Shown: positions 49,332 through 60,917, counted from the stretch's first letter. The stretch is 64,000 nt of DNA from Sarea resinae (GCA_026026165.1 JAPEUD010000031.1:1-64000), one strand, 5' to 3'. Numbers and translations: made by a program. Notes: a model not told the origin generated them from the letters alone.

Positions 49332-51125
49332 GTGGCTGCATCACCGTTTGTCGCTTGTTCCACGCCGAACCCTTTTGGTGGCTTTCCAGGCCCGTATCAG
49401 CTTGACTATCTGGAACAACCTCGTCACATCAAATTCGATACCACTTACTCTCTCCCTCAACTGCGACTCCCCGAGGAGCAAAGTCGCCGAGGGGGAGGGG
49501 GCAAACGTCAATGTAACAACTCACGAGACTCGATTTGCGTCGAGGACGAGCGCCCTATGTCGCAGAGGGCCTCTGTGCCCGGTCCCGCTGCCAGCTCGAC
49601 ACGAGATGATCCTAGCATCTCCCCTCGATCCACGACTGCACCAGCTCCATCTCAGTCACGGCCTGCTCAAGGCCAGGCACAAGAGAGATCACAGGAGACC
49701 GGAGACCGAAGAGCAAGAGCACCTGGAGATGGAACCCCCTCTGTGACAGTGTCGCCGGCGGCACAGGCGAGCTCAAGCAACGCAGCGAGCTTCTCACAGC
49801 AAAGACCCTCACGCTTGATTGGGGTTCACTCCATACTGAACCCCACCAATCCCGAAGTGCCCGAAGTGGCAGGCCGGCGGCGAAGTGCGGCACACTTCGA
49901 CACGTCTCCGTTCGAAGCGGCATCGAGGAGGCAATCTTTGCCCGCCAATGACCCGGCCTCGATAGCTCGTGAACCAGGGCCCGAGAGGACGCCGCCTTCT
50001 GCGGTAGCCTTTCCCGCAGGCACAGGTCAGGCTCCAAGGCGTATCTTGACGCCTCTGTCTCCAGCAGCAAGACGGACGGCAAGCTTGGGGCGAGTCCATG
50101 TGCCGCTGGCAACCATCGATGCTCGCAATTCTCCTTTTTTGTCTCCAAAGAGTAGCCGGAATTTGACGGCGGAGACTGGGTCTGCTAGGTCCGAGATGCC
50201 GCGGGTCCCTAGTCCTCCGTCGCGGCCGACTTTCCATTATTCTCTCCCGTCGGTTGCGTCTGGTCCTTTGCATATACGGCGGGAAAGTGGAGGAGCCCCT
50301 CCGGGATTGCTTTCACAGAGTGCAAGCCCTAGCACCTCTTACTCCTCTTTCAGTCAGGCCAGCATCGCATCCCCGGCCCCTCAGCATGGCTTTCTGCCCT
50401 TGCAACCGGGTCTGTCGTTCAGCGCCCCAGGAAGCGGGGAGTCTCACGGCCATGGAGAAAATCGCTTTGGTGCATCCGGACAAGGCAACATCCAGCTGAT
50501 GACGCTCGAGACGGATCAGGGTCCTATACAGGTACCCGTGGATGTACAAGCGGCGTCAAAGGTCGCAGACGAGAAGCGTCGGCGTAACGCTGGGGCCTCG
50601 GCTCGATTCAGGCAAAGACGAAAGGAAAAGGAACGAGAGTCGTCGCAGACAATCGCCAAGCTGGAACAGCGGCTCCGGGACTCTGCCGAGGACACGGAAT
50701 TCTATCGACGCGAACGAGACTACTTTCGACAGCTGCTGCTCAGCTTACCGGGACAAGGCCAGATTGCACCCCGACCACCCTCGCCACGTCTTCGGCGATC
50801 GTCGGTAACGCCCACGACTAGTTCCGTCGGACGACAATGGCAGGAAGCCGATGAACTCGACGAGATGGAGATGAACGTGCGGCGAAGTACCAGTGCTTAC
50901 TCGTATTCCTTTCCACCTGCGTCCGTGGGTTCGATGCCATCGCTGTCTCAGCCATACGGCCCGCTAACTCCATTGCAACCTCCAACCGAGAATCGGCCTT
51001 CTCCTAACAGCTTACCTCCTATGCCCAGTGGACCTCCTCCGCCGTCCAGAGGCAGTGGTCCCTTTGATCCCTATGGGGCCGAAAGATACGGTCGAGCATG
51101 GCCTCCAAATCGAGGCCCGCGATAG
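49332..51125 (+). CDS. bZIP transcription factor; candidate GUG start at 49332, first AUG at 49557
   Basis: GPIQVPVDVQAASKVADEKRRRNAGASARFRQRRKEKERE basic region followed by a heptad zipper; single long ORF. The start position is inferred. Confidence 0.9.
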   Translation: MAASPFVACSTPNPFGGFPGPYQLDYLEQPRHIKFDTTYSLPQLRLPEEQSRRGGGGKRQCNNSRDSICVEDERPMSQRASVPGPAASSTRDDPSISPRSTTAPAPSQSRPAQGQAQERSQETGDRRARAPGDGTPSVTVSPAAQASSSNAASFSQQRPSRLIGVHSILNPTNPEVPEVAGRRRSAAHFDTSPFEAASRRQSLPANDPASIAREPGPERTPPSAVAFPAGTGQAPRRILTPLSPAARRTASLGRVHVPLATIDARNSPFLSPKSSRNLTAETGSARSEMPRVPSPPSRPTFHYSLPSVASGPLHIRRESGGAPPGLLSQSASPSTSYSSFSQASIASPAPQHGFLPLQPGLSFSAPGSGESHGHGENRFGASGQGNIQLMTLETDQGPIQVPVDVQAASKVADEKRRRNAGASARFRQRRKEKERESSQTIAKLEQRLRDSAEDTEFYRRERDYFRQLLLSLPGQGQIAPRPPSPRLRRSSVTPTTSSVGRQWQEADELDEMEMNVRRSTSAYSYSFPPASVGSMPSLSQPYGPLTPLQPPTENRPSPNSLPPMPSGPPPPSRGSGPFDPYGAERYGRAWPPNRGPR

Positions 51126-52348
51126 GCAGACACTCTAATTTGCCACACATACGTACTCCTGGAACTCAGCTCGCAAAGCACTGCATCTCCAGCTCTCGCA
51201 ATACCATCACATTCCATGCATTCTCCCTGTTACAGGCTATCCGGCGTTACATTTTTGGGACATAGATCAAGCAAGCAATCATCATCTTCATCACCCTTTC
51301 ATTTACGGTCTTGTCTCCGACCAAACGATCAAATCAGTCGTTCCATCTTCCAGTCCGTTCAGTCGTTCTACAAATCGTGTCCATTGCAAAGCGTCGTTTC
51401 TTTTTTCAGTTCGTTTCTTTCTTTTCTGAATATATACCCCCGGGTGGCATCGTGATCCTTGGTTTTTCCTGTTGTTCCCAGCAGTCAGTTCATTCGCTCA
51501 AGATTTCTCGCGCAGCTCTTTTTCTCGACAGATTGTAAAGGTAGGGGAAGGGGGACGGAGAAAGGCGCATTGATGACTTGTAAAGGATGATTGATTGATC
51601 AAAACGGGCTCTCTCATCTCCTTTTCGTTGGTGCTGGAAGACTTGGGCGGCTGGAACTTCATCCTTCACCCTTTACACTATACTATACATATACCAACTG
51701 GATTAAAACATGTCTCCGCTACGATTGCGTCCCCTTTTTCCCATTGCTTGCTGCCTGGCAGACAGACAGACAGACAGACAGACAACCAGAATGTGTACAT
51801 TATATACCTACCTACCTTAGCTACCCTAGCTCTCTAGCGCAACGGCCGTGGTGGCTGGCGGTGGCGATAATGGCGTTTCTTTTGGATCATCCCATTCCCA
51901 TTCCCATTCGCCGCTCATACCACTACTGCTGCACCTGCTCTCTTTCCCGCTCGGTCCTTCTCTTTTTTGGCTGCCTATTCTCGCAACTTGCCCCTTTCGT
52001 TTTTGACTCTTCTCTATACCCGGAGCCCGGAGGCGTTGATTCTCGTATATACATTTGATTGTTCCTGTTCGCTTTCTTGGCTGTCGTTTTTTTTTTTTTT
52101 TTTGGAGGGGGGGAGTTTCTTTCTTGAGTGCTCGTGCTCGGCGCCACTAGTGTCGGGTGCATGCGATGTCCCTGGACTGGTCTACGCCTGGGCCTCACTC
52201 ACTAGCTTACGGACTCACTGGCTCACCGGCTCACCGACTCGCCAGCTAGCTAGCTGGCTGGGCTTTTTTCACCTATAGATAGATAGAAGATGAGAGATAA
52301 GACGTCGTTCGCGCGACGCGATGGAATCGGCAGGGGGCTGACTTTCCC

Positions 52349-52394
52349 TACTTTCTTACTTTCTTACTTTCTTACTTTCTTACTTTCTTACTTT
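52349..52394 (+). repeat. (TACTTTCT)n 8-bp tandem repeat, ~5.7 copies
   Basis: Read directly. Confidence 0.9.
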
Positions 52395-52696
52395 TCTCTT
52401 TTCCTCTTTTCCTTTTCTTGTAAGGGGAAAAGGGGAGAGAGGGGATGGAGAAGGGTAATAGGAGGGAAGGAGGGAAGGAAGAGGGTTACAGGAAGGGGAG
52501 AGAGAGGAGGGGTGTTGTATAAAATGTACTACTACTACTACTATTACTATTGTAATCTTCTTTTTTCGTGTGTGACTTGTCTTTAGGGTGTTTAGGTTTT
52601 TTAGATTTTTTAGATTTTCAATGTTAGATTTAGATTAATGTTTAGGATTCATGTTTACACCTACATCTATATCTACATCTCTATCTCTACACATAT

Positions 52697-52708
52697 TCTC
52701 TTTCTCTC

Positions 52709-52761
<53 letters not shown>
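52697..52761 (+). repeat. (CT)n microsatellite
   Basis: Read directly. Confidence 0.9.
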
Positions 52762-52764
<3 letters not shown>

Positions 52765-53186
52765 CTAGGTAGCTTATAAAGCTAAAATATAATAATAAAG
52801 AGAGAGGTAGGAAGGTAGGTAGGTAGGTAGATAGTTGAATGGATGGTCGGACGGATAGACAGGATAGATAGGTGTATAGATGTATAGATGTATAGTTGGA
52901 CGGATGGATGGATGGATGGTTGGAAGGATAGAATGGCTGAGTGGATGGATGGGGGCATAGTTGGAGGGATAAATGGATAGACGCATGGATGGCTCAAAGC
53001 AAGACCGATGATTTTTGGTTCGATTGATTCGTTTCTTCGTATATACATACATCCCCACACGCAGCCGGCGGCAGTCTATCTAACAGATGATATCATAACC
53101 CAGACAGGAACCATTCCCCCCAAAACCAACAAAGCATCCCAATGCCACTACGCATTCAATTCAATTCAATTCGATTCATTTCAAAC

Positions 53187-54996
53187 TCACAGCCGCGTGC
53201 CCAGGTTGACGTGCACGGCTTTGACGTTGGAATAGGCGCCCAGGCCGGCCTCGCCCAGCTCGCGGCCGATGCCGCTCTGCTTGACGCCGCCAAAGGGAAT
53301 GCGGAAGTCGGAGTCGTTGCTGCTGTTGACCCAGACCATGCCGGCCTCGATGTTGCGGGCCACGCGATGCGCCTTGGTGATGTCCTGGGTGAAGACGGCC
53401 GAGCCGAGGCCGTACGTGGTGTCGTTGGCGCGGGACACGGCCTCGTCCTCGGTCTTGAACGAGGCGATGACGACGAACGGCCCGAACACCTCCTCGCGGT
53501 AGATGCGCATGCTGTCGGTGACGTTGGTGAAGACGGTCGGCGCGATGAAGAAGCCCTTGCCGCCGACGTTCTTGTGCGGCTCGCCGCCCGTCGCCAGCGT
53601 CGCACCCTCGGACTTGCCCGCCTCGATGTACTCGAGCACGCGGTCGTACTGCGCCTTGGTCACCTGTGGGCCCTGGAACGTCGCGTCGTGGAACGGATCG
53701 CCGACTTTGGACACGCTCTCGACCTGGGCCGTGAACAGCTCGATGAACTTGTCGTAGATGGACTCCTGCACCAGGATCCGCGACGTCGCCGTGCACACCT
53801 GACCCATGTTCGACATGATGCCGACGTGCGCCCACTTGACCGCCTGGTCGAGGTCCGCGTCGTCAAACACCAGCAGCGGCGACTTGCCGCCCGTCTCCAG
53901 CGTGATGTTCTTCAGGTTCACCGCGGCCATCTTCATGATGATCCGGCCCGTCGCCGTCGAGCCAGTAAAAGCAACCTTGTCAATGTCCATGTGCGATGCG
54001 ATGGCCGCGCCGCAGTCACGGCCGTGGCCGTTGAGGATGTTGACCACGCCCGGCGGGAAGCCGGCTTCTTTGATGAGGTTGGCAAAGTAGAGGATCGACA
54101 GCGGCGTCTGCTCGGCCGGCTTCATGACGACCGTGTTGCCGCAGGCGAGGGCCGGACCGAGCTTCCAGGCCGCCATGGCCAGGGGATAGTTCCATCTGGA
54201 AGCAGTGTGAGCCGGGGCAGAGAGCGTGAAGGGAGAAGGAGCTACTTACGGGATGATCTGTCCGCACACACCGAGGGGTTCGCGGATGGTGTAGGCGAGT
54301 TTGGCGGGCGTGGTGTCGATGACTTGGCCGTGCAGCTTGTCGGCATAGCCTCCGTAGTATCGAAGAGTGCCGGCCACCTCGGCGAGATCCTCGTTCAACG
54401 AGACCGAATACGGCTTGCCTGGAAGCAATCATCAGTATCTTCTCGAAGCCAATGGATGCGGTGGGTCGTACCATTGTCCCAGGTCTCGATTGTCGCCAGA
54501 GTCTCGGCGTGCTTCTCGACCAACTCGGCCAGCCTGATCATCAGGATTCCTCGATCCGTCGTGGCCAGGTCGCGCCACGAGGGGTCCTTGAACGCCTTGC
54601 GGGCGGCCTTGACGGCGATGTCGACATCGTCGGCGCCCGCAGCGTAGACGGAGACGATCTCCTTCTCGTCACTAGGAAGCATCAGCACCGTCCTTCTTGA
54701 GTGAAGAGGCAAGAGCTCGCTCACGTTGGGTTGATGCTGGAGATTTTCTCTCCCGACTGAGACTTGACCCATTCGTTGTTGATGAAGATACCCGTGGGCT
54801 GGGTATATTTGAGGCCATTGGGCGCAGTCAATTCGACGGAGAGGTCCGACATCTTGGACGAAGGAGGAGTGGTAGGAGCGATGGAGAATCTTCTGCCAAC
54901 GAGGGTGAAGCTACACGAGAAAGACGACGTCGGTGGCGGGAATTGCGGGAGAAGAGGTCGTGAAGAGGGCAGAACACGACGAACACGATGGAGCAT
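53187..54996 (-). CDS. Aldehyde dehydrogenase (ALDH1/2-like); alternative starts at 54996 (with presequence) and 54852
   Basis: QPTGIFINNEW, GVCGQIIP/WN, KPAEQTPLS, FTGSTATG, LETGGKSP (catalytic Glu), GQVC (catalytic Cys), EEVFGP, PFGGVKQSGIGRE; three introns. Confidence 0.96.
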
Positions 54997-55057
54997 GAAT
55001 CGAGATGGAATCCGAGATGGAGATGAGAGGGTTAAGACGATGGGATTTGCAGACGCG

Positions 55058-55064
55058 TGAGTCA
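55058..55064. promoter_or_regulatory. TGA(G/C)TCA AP-1/Gcn4(CpcA)-type site upstream of ALDH
   Basis: Exact 7-mer ~60 bp upstream of the first ALDH ATG. The same 7-mer occurs elsewhere in the window, so this is weak evidence. Confidence 0.3.
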
Positions 55065-55963
55065 GCTGGACGGAATGAATAGGAGAGCTAGATACGCAAT
55101 GATGTCGCGCACGAGTTTCTATGACTGTCGGCGATGACCATGGTGGTCGTGGGGATGTCCGTCCAGACCGCGTCCAGGCCGTCGAGCTCCACACGCCCAG
55201 CAACAACGGGAAGCGACCCCTCGGCGACTCTGCGGGGCTGCTTGGGGTAGAGGGAGATAAGGTGTGTGGGGCTGCTGCTCCGTGCTGGTACTGCGTAGTA
55301 CGACGGCGTACATCATGTACATGGTAGCCCTCGACTGACTCTGCAGTACTCTCCTGTATCATCTAGTACTCTATACCTAGGAGGTCCCCGGCCTGCACCT
55401 CCACTCCGTTCCGATTGCCACCGGATTAATGGATGGAGCGGCCAAGCGTGAAGCGACAGCCGAGCCGCCACCAGCAGCGAGGGAGCCGTTGCGCCTGGAG
55501 GCCTTGACTTGAGCCCTGAGCCCTGAGCCCTGAGCGGAGCCCAGCCGGAGCCAGCCATCACCAATGACCAATGCCGGAGATCTGCCAGAGCCTAGGGTAA
55601 CGGTGCAGAGATTTCGAGATATTGCCCCCGCCCACAGCCCCGAAGAGTCATACAGATCTGCCACTACCCTGCCTTAGTCGGGGAGGCCGTCTGAGGCATA
55701 TTTCGTCGTCACTGAACCAGATCCTCTTTGACGGACTTATCATCAAAACCCCGAGCGGACCAAGCGCAGAAACTTCATGACGGCCCAAGGTCAGCCACCA
55801 TCCTGACGGAACCTGGCACCGAACGAACCCTGGACCCCGTCAGGGCTGGCCGTTTCATCGTCATCGTCTCAGCATCATCAGCATCATCAACATCATCAAT
55901 ATCATCATCATCAACGACGACAACCGACATCACCCAGCTGCAACCCCCCACCACCTCACCACC

Positions 55964-56761
55964 ATGGACGACCGGACCGTCCCCGCAGACGCCCACATCG
56001 ACCACTCCGCCGCCCTGAGCTACTGGAACTCAATCCCAGCGACTGTCAATGGCATGCTGGGCGGCTTCCCGCAGATCTCCCGCATTGACCTCCAAGGATC
56101 CGCCAACTTCCTCGCCAAGCTCCGGCGTCTGTCTCCGTCTTCCACCCCGCAGCTGCCACTCCCCCGCGCCGTCGACTGCGGTGCAGGCATTGGCCGGATC
56201 ACGCTGGGGTTCCTGCATAAGGCATGCCGGGTCGTCGACATTGTCGAACCCGTCGAGAAATTCACGAGGCAGATCGCCGAGGGAGACGCGTTCCAGCCAC
56301 TGAGGGAGGCGGGCAGCCTGGGCGAAGTCGTAAATCAGGGGTTGGAGCACTGGACCCCGGCGAGAGAATACGATCTGATTTGGAATCAATGGTGTGTGGG
56401 ACATCTCACCGACTCGCAATTGGCCGCCTACCTCGAGAGATGTGGGGCAGCTTTGACCGAGGGAGGATGGGTCGTCGTCAAGGAGAACATCAGTACCAAT
56501 GTGAACGGGGACGATGTCTTTGATGAGCTGGACAGCAGTGTGACGCGGTATATCCCCCCCCCCCCCAAAGACCCATCCTAGATGATTCCATCTGGACGCG
56601 TACGAGCCGTAGCCTTACTGACAGAGCGCAGCACCGATGCGAGTTTCAAAGCCATCTTTGACGCTGCCCACATGAAGGTGGTCAAGACCGAATTACAGCC
56701 AGGCTTCCCGAAAACCCTCTATCCGGTGAGATTCTATGCGCTCCAGCCAAAGAGGCCATGA
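55964..56761 (+). CDS. NTM1: Alpha-N-terminal protein methyltransferase (Ntm1/Tae1)
   Basis: YWNSIPATVNGMLGGF, motif I DCGAGIGRIT, DLIWNQWCVGHLTD, VVKEN, DSSVTR/; one intron; ends LYPVRFYALQPKRP. Confidence 0.93.
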
Positions 56762-56968
56762 GTCTTCTGCTAGGCCAGGCTACAGCCTACGTAAAGCATA
56801 CATACGTTTAGCAAGGAAAAACGCCAATTAGCCAGCAGAGGCCCAAAGCCAGACCTATGCCCGCCCGATCCAGCCCAGTCCCTCCCGTCCGCCCAGTCAC
56901 AATCCGTAACCGCCCTCGGGCAAAAGTACCCGATAAACAAAAGGAGATTAGAGCTGTGAACTTGGCAA

Positions 56969-58740
56969 TCAAGAATGAACGCCATTGACTTTGAAGAGAA
57001 CGCCATCCACGGTCGTATCGTTCATCTCCCTGGCATCGTCACCGTGGCCGTTTGCAGTGAAGATGGTCTCCTCGACTTGAACAACGGTCTCGGCTGGATT
57101 GCTGTGATGGATCTCAAGCCCGGGTTGCCCCGAGAACCCGTCATTCACTCCCTCTCGAGCCTGGGGTTGCTTCTCAGCGTCGTCGGCCGCTTCCTGCACG
57201 ATTTCCTCAAAGATGTCCTTTTGAGCTTCGTTGCTGGCTTCGTGCACGACGTCTGCCAAGAAATCCCTTTCGGCTTCGTTGGCGGTATGTTCCGCAACAT
57301 CGGTCATGATGAGATCCTCGACTTCGTCGGCGGCCTCTTGCACGACCTCTGTCAAGATATCCCTCGCGGCATCATCGGCAAGATCTTGTGCGACCATTCC
57401 TTGGCCATCCCTCGCTCCATCCGCAGCGGTGATGGCGTCGTCATCCTGTTGAGCTTCCTTGACTTCTTGTTGGGGTACATTTTCAGACTCCACAACAAGA
57501 GCACCATCGGGGGAAGACGCCGCTCGAGCAGTCGTGACTTCAGCTTGATCGGCCAGTCTGAGAATAAAATCCCACTGTTTCTTGGTGACTTTGGAAACAC
57601 TTAGCCTGCCCTGCTTCAAGAGTTCCATCTTTTCCAGGACCCCTCCAGGTTGTGCGTAAGTCCTCAATTCCGCAAGCGTGATCATCTCTGGGAATTTGCG
57701 CCTGAATTCGACGTGGACAAGCGACCACTTGGGATTCTCTGGGGATGACTTGGGGTCATAGTATGGATTGCTCGGGTCCAATGCAGTGTCTGAGGAATGT
57801 GTCAGTCCATGGTCGGTTCCAAGGGTAAGAGACTTTACCATCCACTGAATGTTCGCGTACAATCTCCATGAGTCCTACAATACCCGGGACCTTGCAATTG
57901 GAGTGATAGAAGAAGGCTTGGTCTCCCTTTTGCATGGCGCGCATATTGTTCCGAGCTGTTGTATGATTAGAAGCTATGCCGAGTAAAGTAGTTTCAAGTG
58001 AGCACTTGCCTACGTAGTTGCGAACGCCTTTAGACTGTCAGATCGAGTCGATTACAGGCTGAGACGGGAGGATGCGTTGACTTACCATCCCACGGCTGGG
58101 GTTCCGTAGATGCCTCGAGGTCATCAATTGAGAACTTGACATCGACGCCCTTTTCGATTCGCGACTCGGGCTCCGCCTTCATCAGCCAGAAGCAGTGGCC
58201 ATCTTCGTCGGCGATCTCTTCCTCTTCCTCGACGACCGGCTCCGTCTCGATCTCAACCGCAAGCTTTCGACTTTTCTTGACAGGAGGCATCGTCGCCTTG
58301 GTGCGGCGCCCTTTGGCGATCGTCTTGCGAGGCGTGCGAGCGGCAGTCTTCGAAGCGGCCGTCGCCTTTTTCGGTCTGCCCACCGGTCTGCCCATTGTGG
58401 CCTTTGCTGCGCGCTTCGGCTTCTCTGCCGTGGTTGATTTTGCCGCACGCGTCGGCTTCGGATCCGTCACGGGCTTCGCAGTTGATGCAGCGACGCGGTT
58501 CGGAGCCGATCTGGTCGAGGCGGTCTTCTTCTTTGCCGATGGCTTGGTCGCGGGCTTCGATTTGGGCGGTTTGGGCGGTTTGGGCGCGGTGGTCGTCTTC
58601 GTCTCGGCGCGGGCTGCACGAGTTGCGCGAGCGGTAGGTTGTTCCGCGACCGCGCGAGTGCTGCGACGAGGTCGTTTGGCGTCGACACTGGCAGGACCAA
58701 CGCCGTCAGACGACTGTCTCTTACGCTTGACTGGTGGCAT
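56969..58740 (-). CDS. THYN1: EVE-domain protein (thymocyte nuclear protein 1-like) with basic AT-hook N-terminus and acidic repeat tail
   Basis: FWLMKAEPE..FSIDDL..WDG/VRNYV/ARNNMRAMQKGDQAFFYHSNCK..YYDPKS..W..V..RLSVSKV; GRPVGRPKK; three introns. Confidence 0.88.
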
Positions 58741-59367
58741 AGCAATTGGTCTCGGCTTTGACGTGACAAATGTGATGGATGTGATGAACGACCCTAAGTG
58801 GTCGCAGAGGTGAAGACTGATCATGACCTCGAGAGCGAAGTCGAGTACCGAGTACGCCAAGGTTACCCGGCACCGGCGTCAATGACGACGACGTCGTCTG
58901 GAGGGGTGCACCTTCTTCCTGGCGGCGGACCCTCACACGCGCTCGACTGCAGTCGTCAGCCGCCTGCAATCGGGATGAGATGCATGCAAGGAGAGCATGG
59001 CACTGATCCTCCAGTCGCGGTGTCTCTCAGGTCCTCGATTGACCTGATGGGCCACGACGGCACGTTGGCAAAGGGCGAAAGGATAATGCAAGTGATTACA
59101 AAGGCTCCCCACTATCTCCGCCGCCTCAGTATCTCCGCCGCTAAGTCCGCCCCCGAACCAGCTTCATCTGATTGATATAAAGCTCGAGATGCACGCGATT
59201 CGCCGTATCATGCTGTTCTGGCACTCGTCTTTCAATTACTCGGCAATCTAGTTTCTCTGCAACCTCCCAGCCTAGACTCATTCCCTCTGTCTCGTAGTAT
59301 AACCTCATTTTCACACCCGCCTCCAGCAAGAACACCACTTCATCTCGCCACCAGTCCCACAGCAAAC

Positions 59368-60376
59368 ATGTCGACCGTCCCCCAAGATCTCCACGAAGCC
59401 GGTAAGTTTCTTGAGACCGCATCCCCGCCCTCCACTGACCCTCGCTCCGAGGCGTCGACTACACCGCCGCCATCCACCATGACACCTACTCCGCCATTTC
59501 GTCCCAGAACTCCTCGCACAAATCCCACCGCGTCTTCATAACCGGCGCTTCCAAGGGCATCGGCCGCGCCACCGCCCTCTCCTTTGCGCGCGCCGGCGCC
59601 TCCCACATCGCCATCGCCGCGCGCTCGCCCCTCGCGTCCGTAGTCAGCGAGATCCACGCGGCCGCTTCGTCCGCCGGACACGCGGCGCCGACGGTGCTGC
59701 CGCTCTCCATGGACGTGCTGTCGCGCGAGAGCGTCGAAGCTGCCGCCAAAGAGGTCTCGGCCGCCTTCGACGGCACGCTCGACATCCTCGTCAACAACGC
59801 CGGCTACATCGACCACTTCGTGCCGCTGGCCGAGAGCGACCCGGACGAATGGTGGCTCACGTGGACGACCAACATGCGCGGGCCGTACCTCGTGACGCGG
59901 GCCTTGCTGCCGCTGCTCCTGGCCGGCACCGCCAAGACCATCATGAACCTGTCGAGCATCGGCGCGCACCAGCGCCTCTATGGCGCCAGCGCTTACACGT
60001 CGGCGAAGCTGGCCCTGCTGCGCTTCACCGAGAGTCTCAACGTCGAGTATGGCAACCAGGGCATTCTGGGCCTGGCGGTGCATCCCGGTGGCATCCCGAC
60101 CGATCTCGCCAAGGTCATGCCGCAGGAAAGACATTATCGTGAGTGTTTTTTGGCCCTCTCCTTCTTTCCCCCCCCACTGGTGCTCCCCGCTCACGCCGAA
60201 CAGTCCTCATCGACACGCCCGAACTCGCCGCCGACACCATCGTCTTCCTGACCGCGGGCCGGCGCACCTGGCTCGCGGGCCGCTACGTCAGCTGCACGTG
60301 GGACATGCCCGAGCTGCTGTCGCGCGAGCAGGAGATCGTCGAGGGCGATAAGTTGAAGGTCAAGATGGTGCTGTAG
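59368..60376 (+). CDS. Short-chain dehydrogenase/reductase
   Basis: HHDTY, ITGASKGIG, NNAG, catalytic YTSAK, VHPG, WLAGRYVSCTWD; two introns. Confidence 0.93.
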
Positions 60377-60857
60377 CGAGGAAGATTTTAATGCTCTGGG
60401 AGGAATGGGCAGGGGATTGGATGGGATGGAAACGAAACGAAAGGAAACAAAAGTGGCGAAAGACGAGCGTATAGATCTATAGGTAGATCTCAGATGCGTA
60501 AAGACTAGATACGAAACAACTAGAAAATAGATCTCAGGTAACAGATCTTACATACCAACCACCAAGAAAACCTCACTACTCGGAGTACTCTCGTTCTGCT
60601 GATGAATGGAAGGTGGTAGGGTCGTCAACAAGTAGGCATATGACAGAGACGCTTCAAGTCACAGCCCGCACAACATACGGTACCTAGCACCAGACTCGTC
60701 ACTCGCCACTCGCTACTCGTCGCACGATACGAGTCACGATTCGGGATGTCTACGAGATATCCCACAAGCATGGCGAGAGTTTGGGATTCGAGATGGTTTG
60801 TTGATTTCAGTTTCTACCCCTGGGCCTTCTATCTTCGGTCATGTCACGCGCACTCCC

Positions 60858-60917
60858 TACCCCCTATCTGTACCCCTATTTGTACCCCTATTTGTACCCC
60901 TATCTCTACCCCTATCT
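60858..60917 (+). repeat. 12-bp tandem repeat (TACCCCTATYTG) x~5
   Basis: Read directly. Confidence 0.85.

Noticed and set aside
53185..53190. GTGAGT donor overlapping the ALDH stop codon
   Set aside because: No convincing CTRAY branch site and acceptor downstream.
53142..54647. 501-aa + strand ORF
   Set aside because: Antisense shadow of the GC3-rich ALDH gene; no motifs of its own.
54997..55362. Further in-frame ATG at 55362 extending ALDH by 122 aa
   Set aside because: Low-complexity, promoter-like sequence with no targeting features; probably a chance open frame.
59340..60194. 284-aa - strand ORF (likewise 23098-23787 +, 58136-58813 +, 56975-57604 +)
   Set aside because: Antisense to well-supported genes; high GC codon bias removes stops on the opposite strand.
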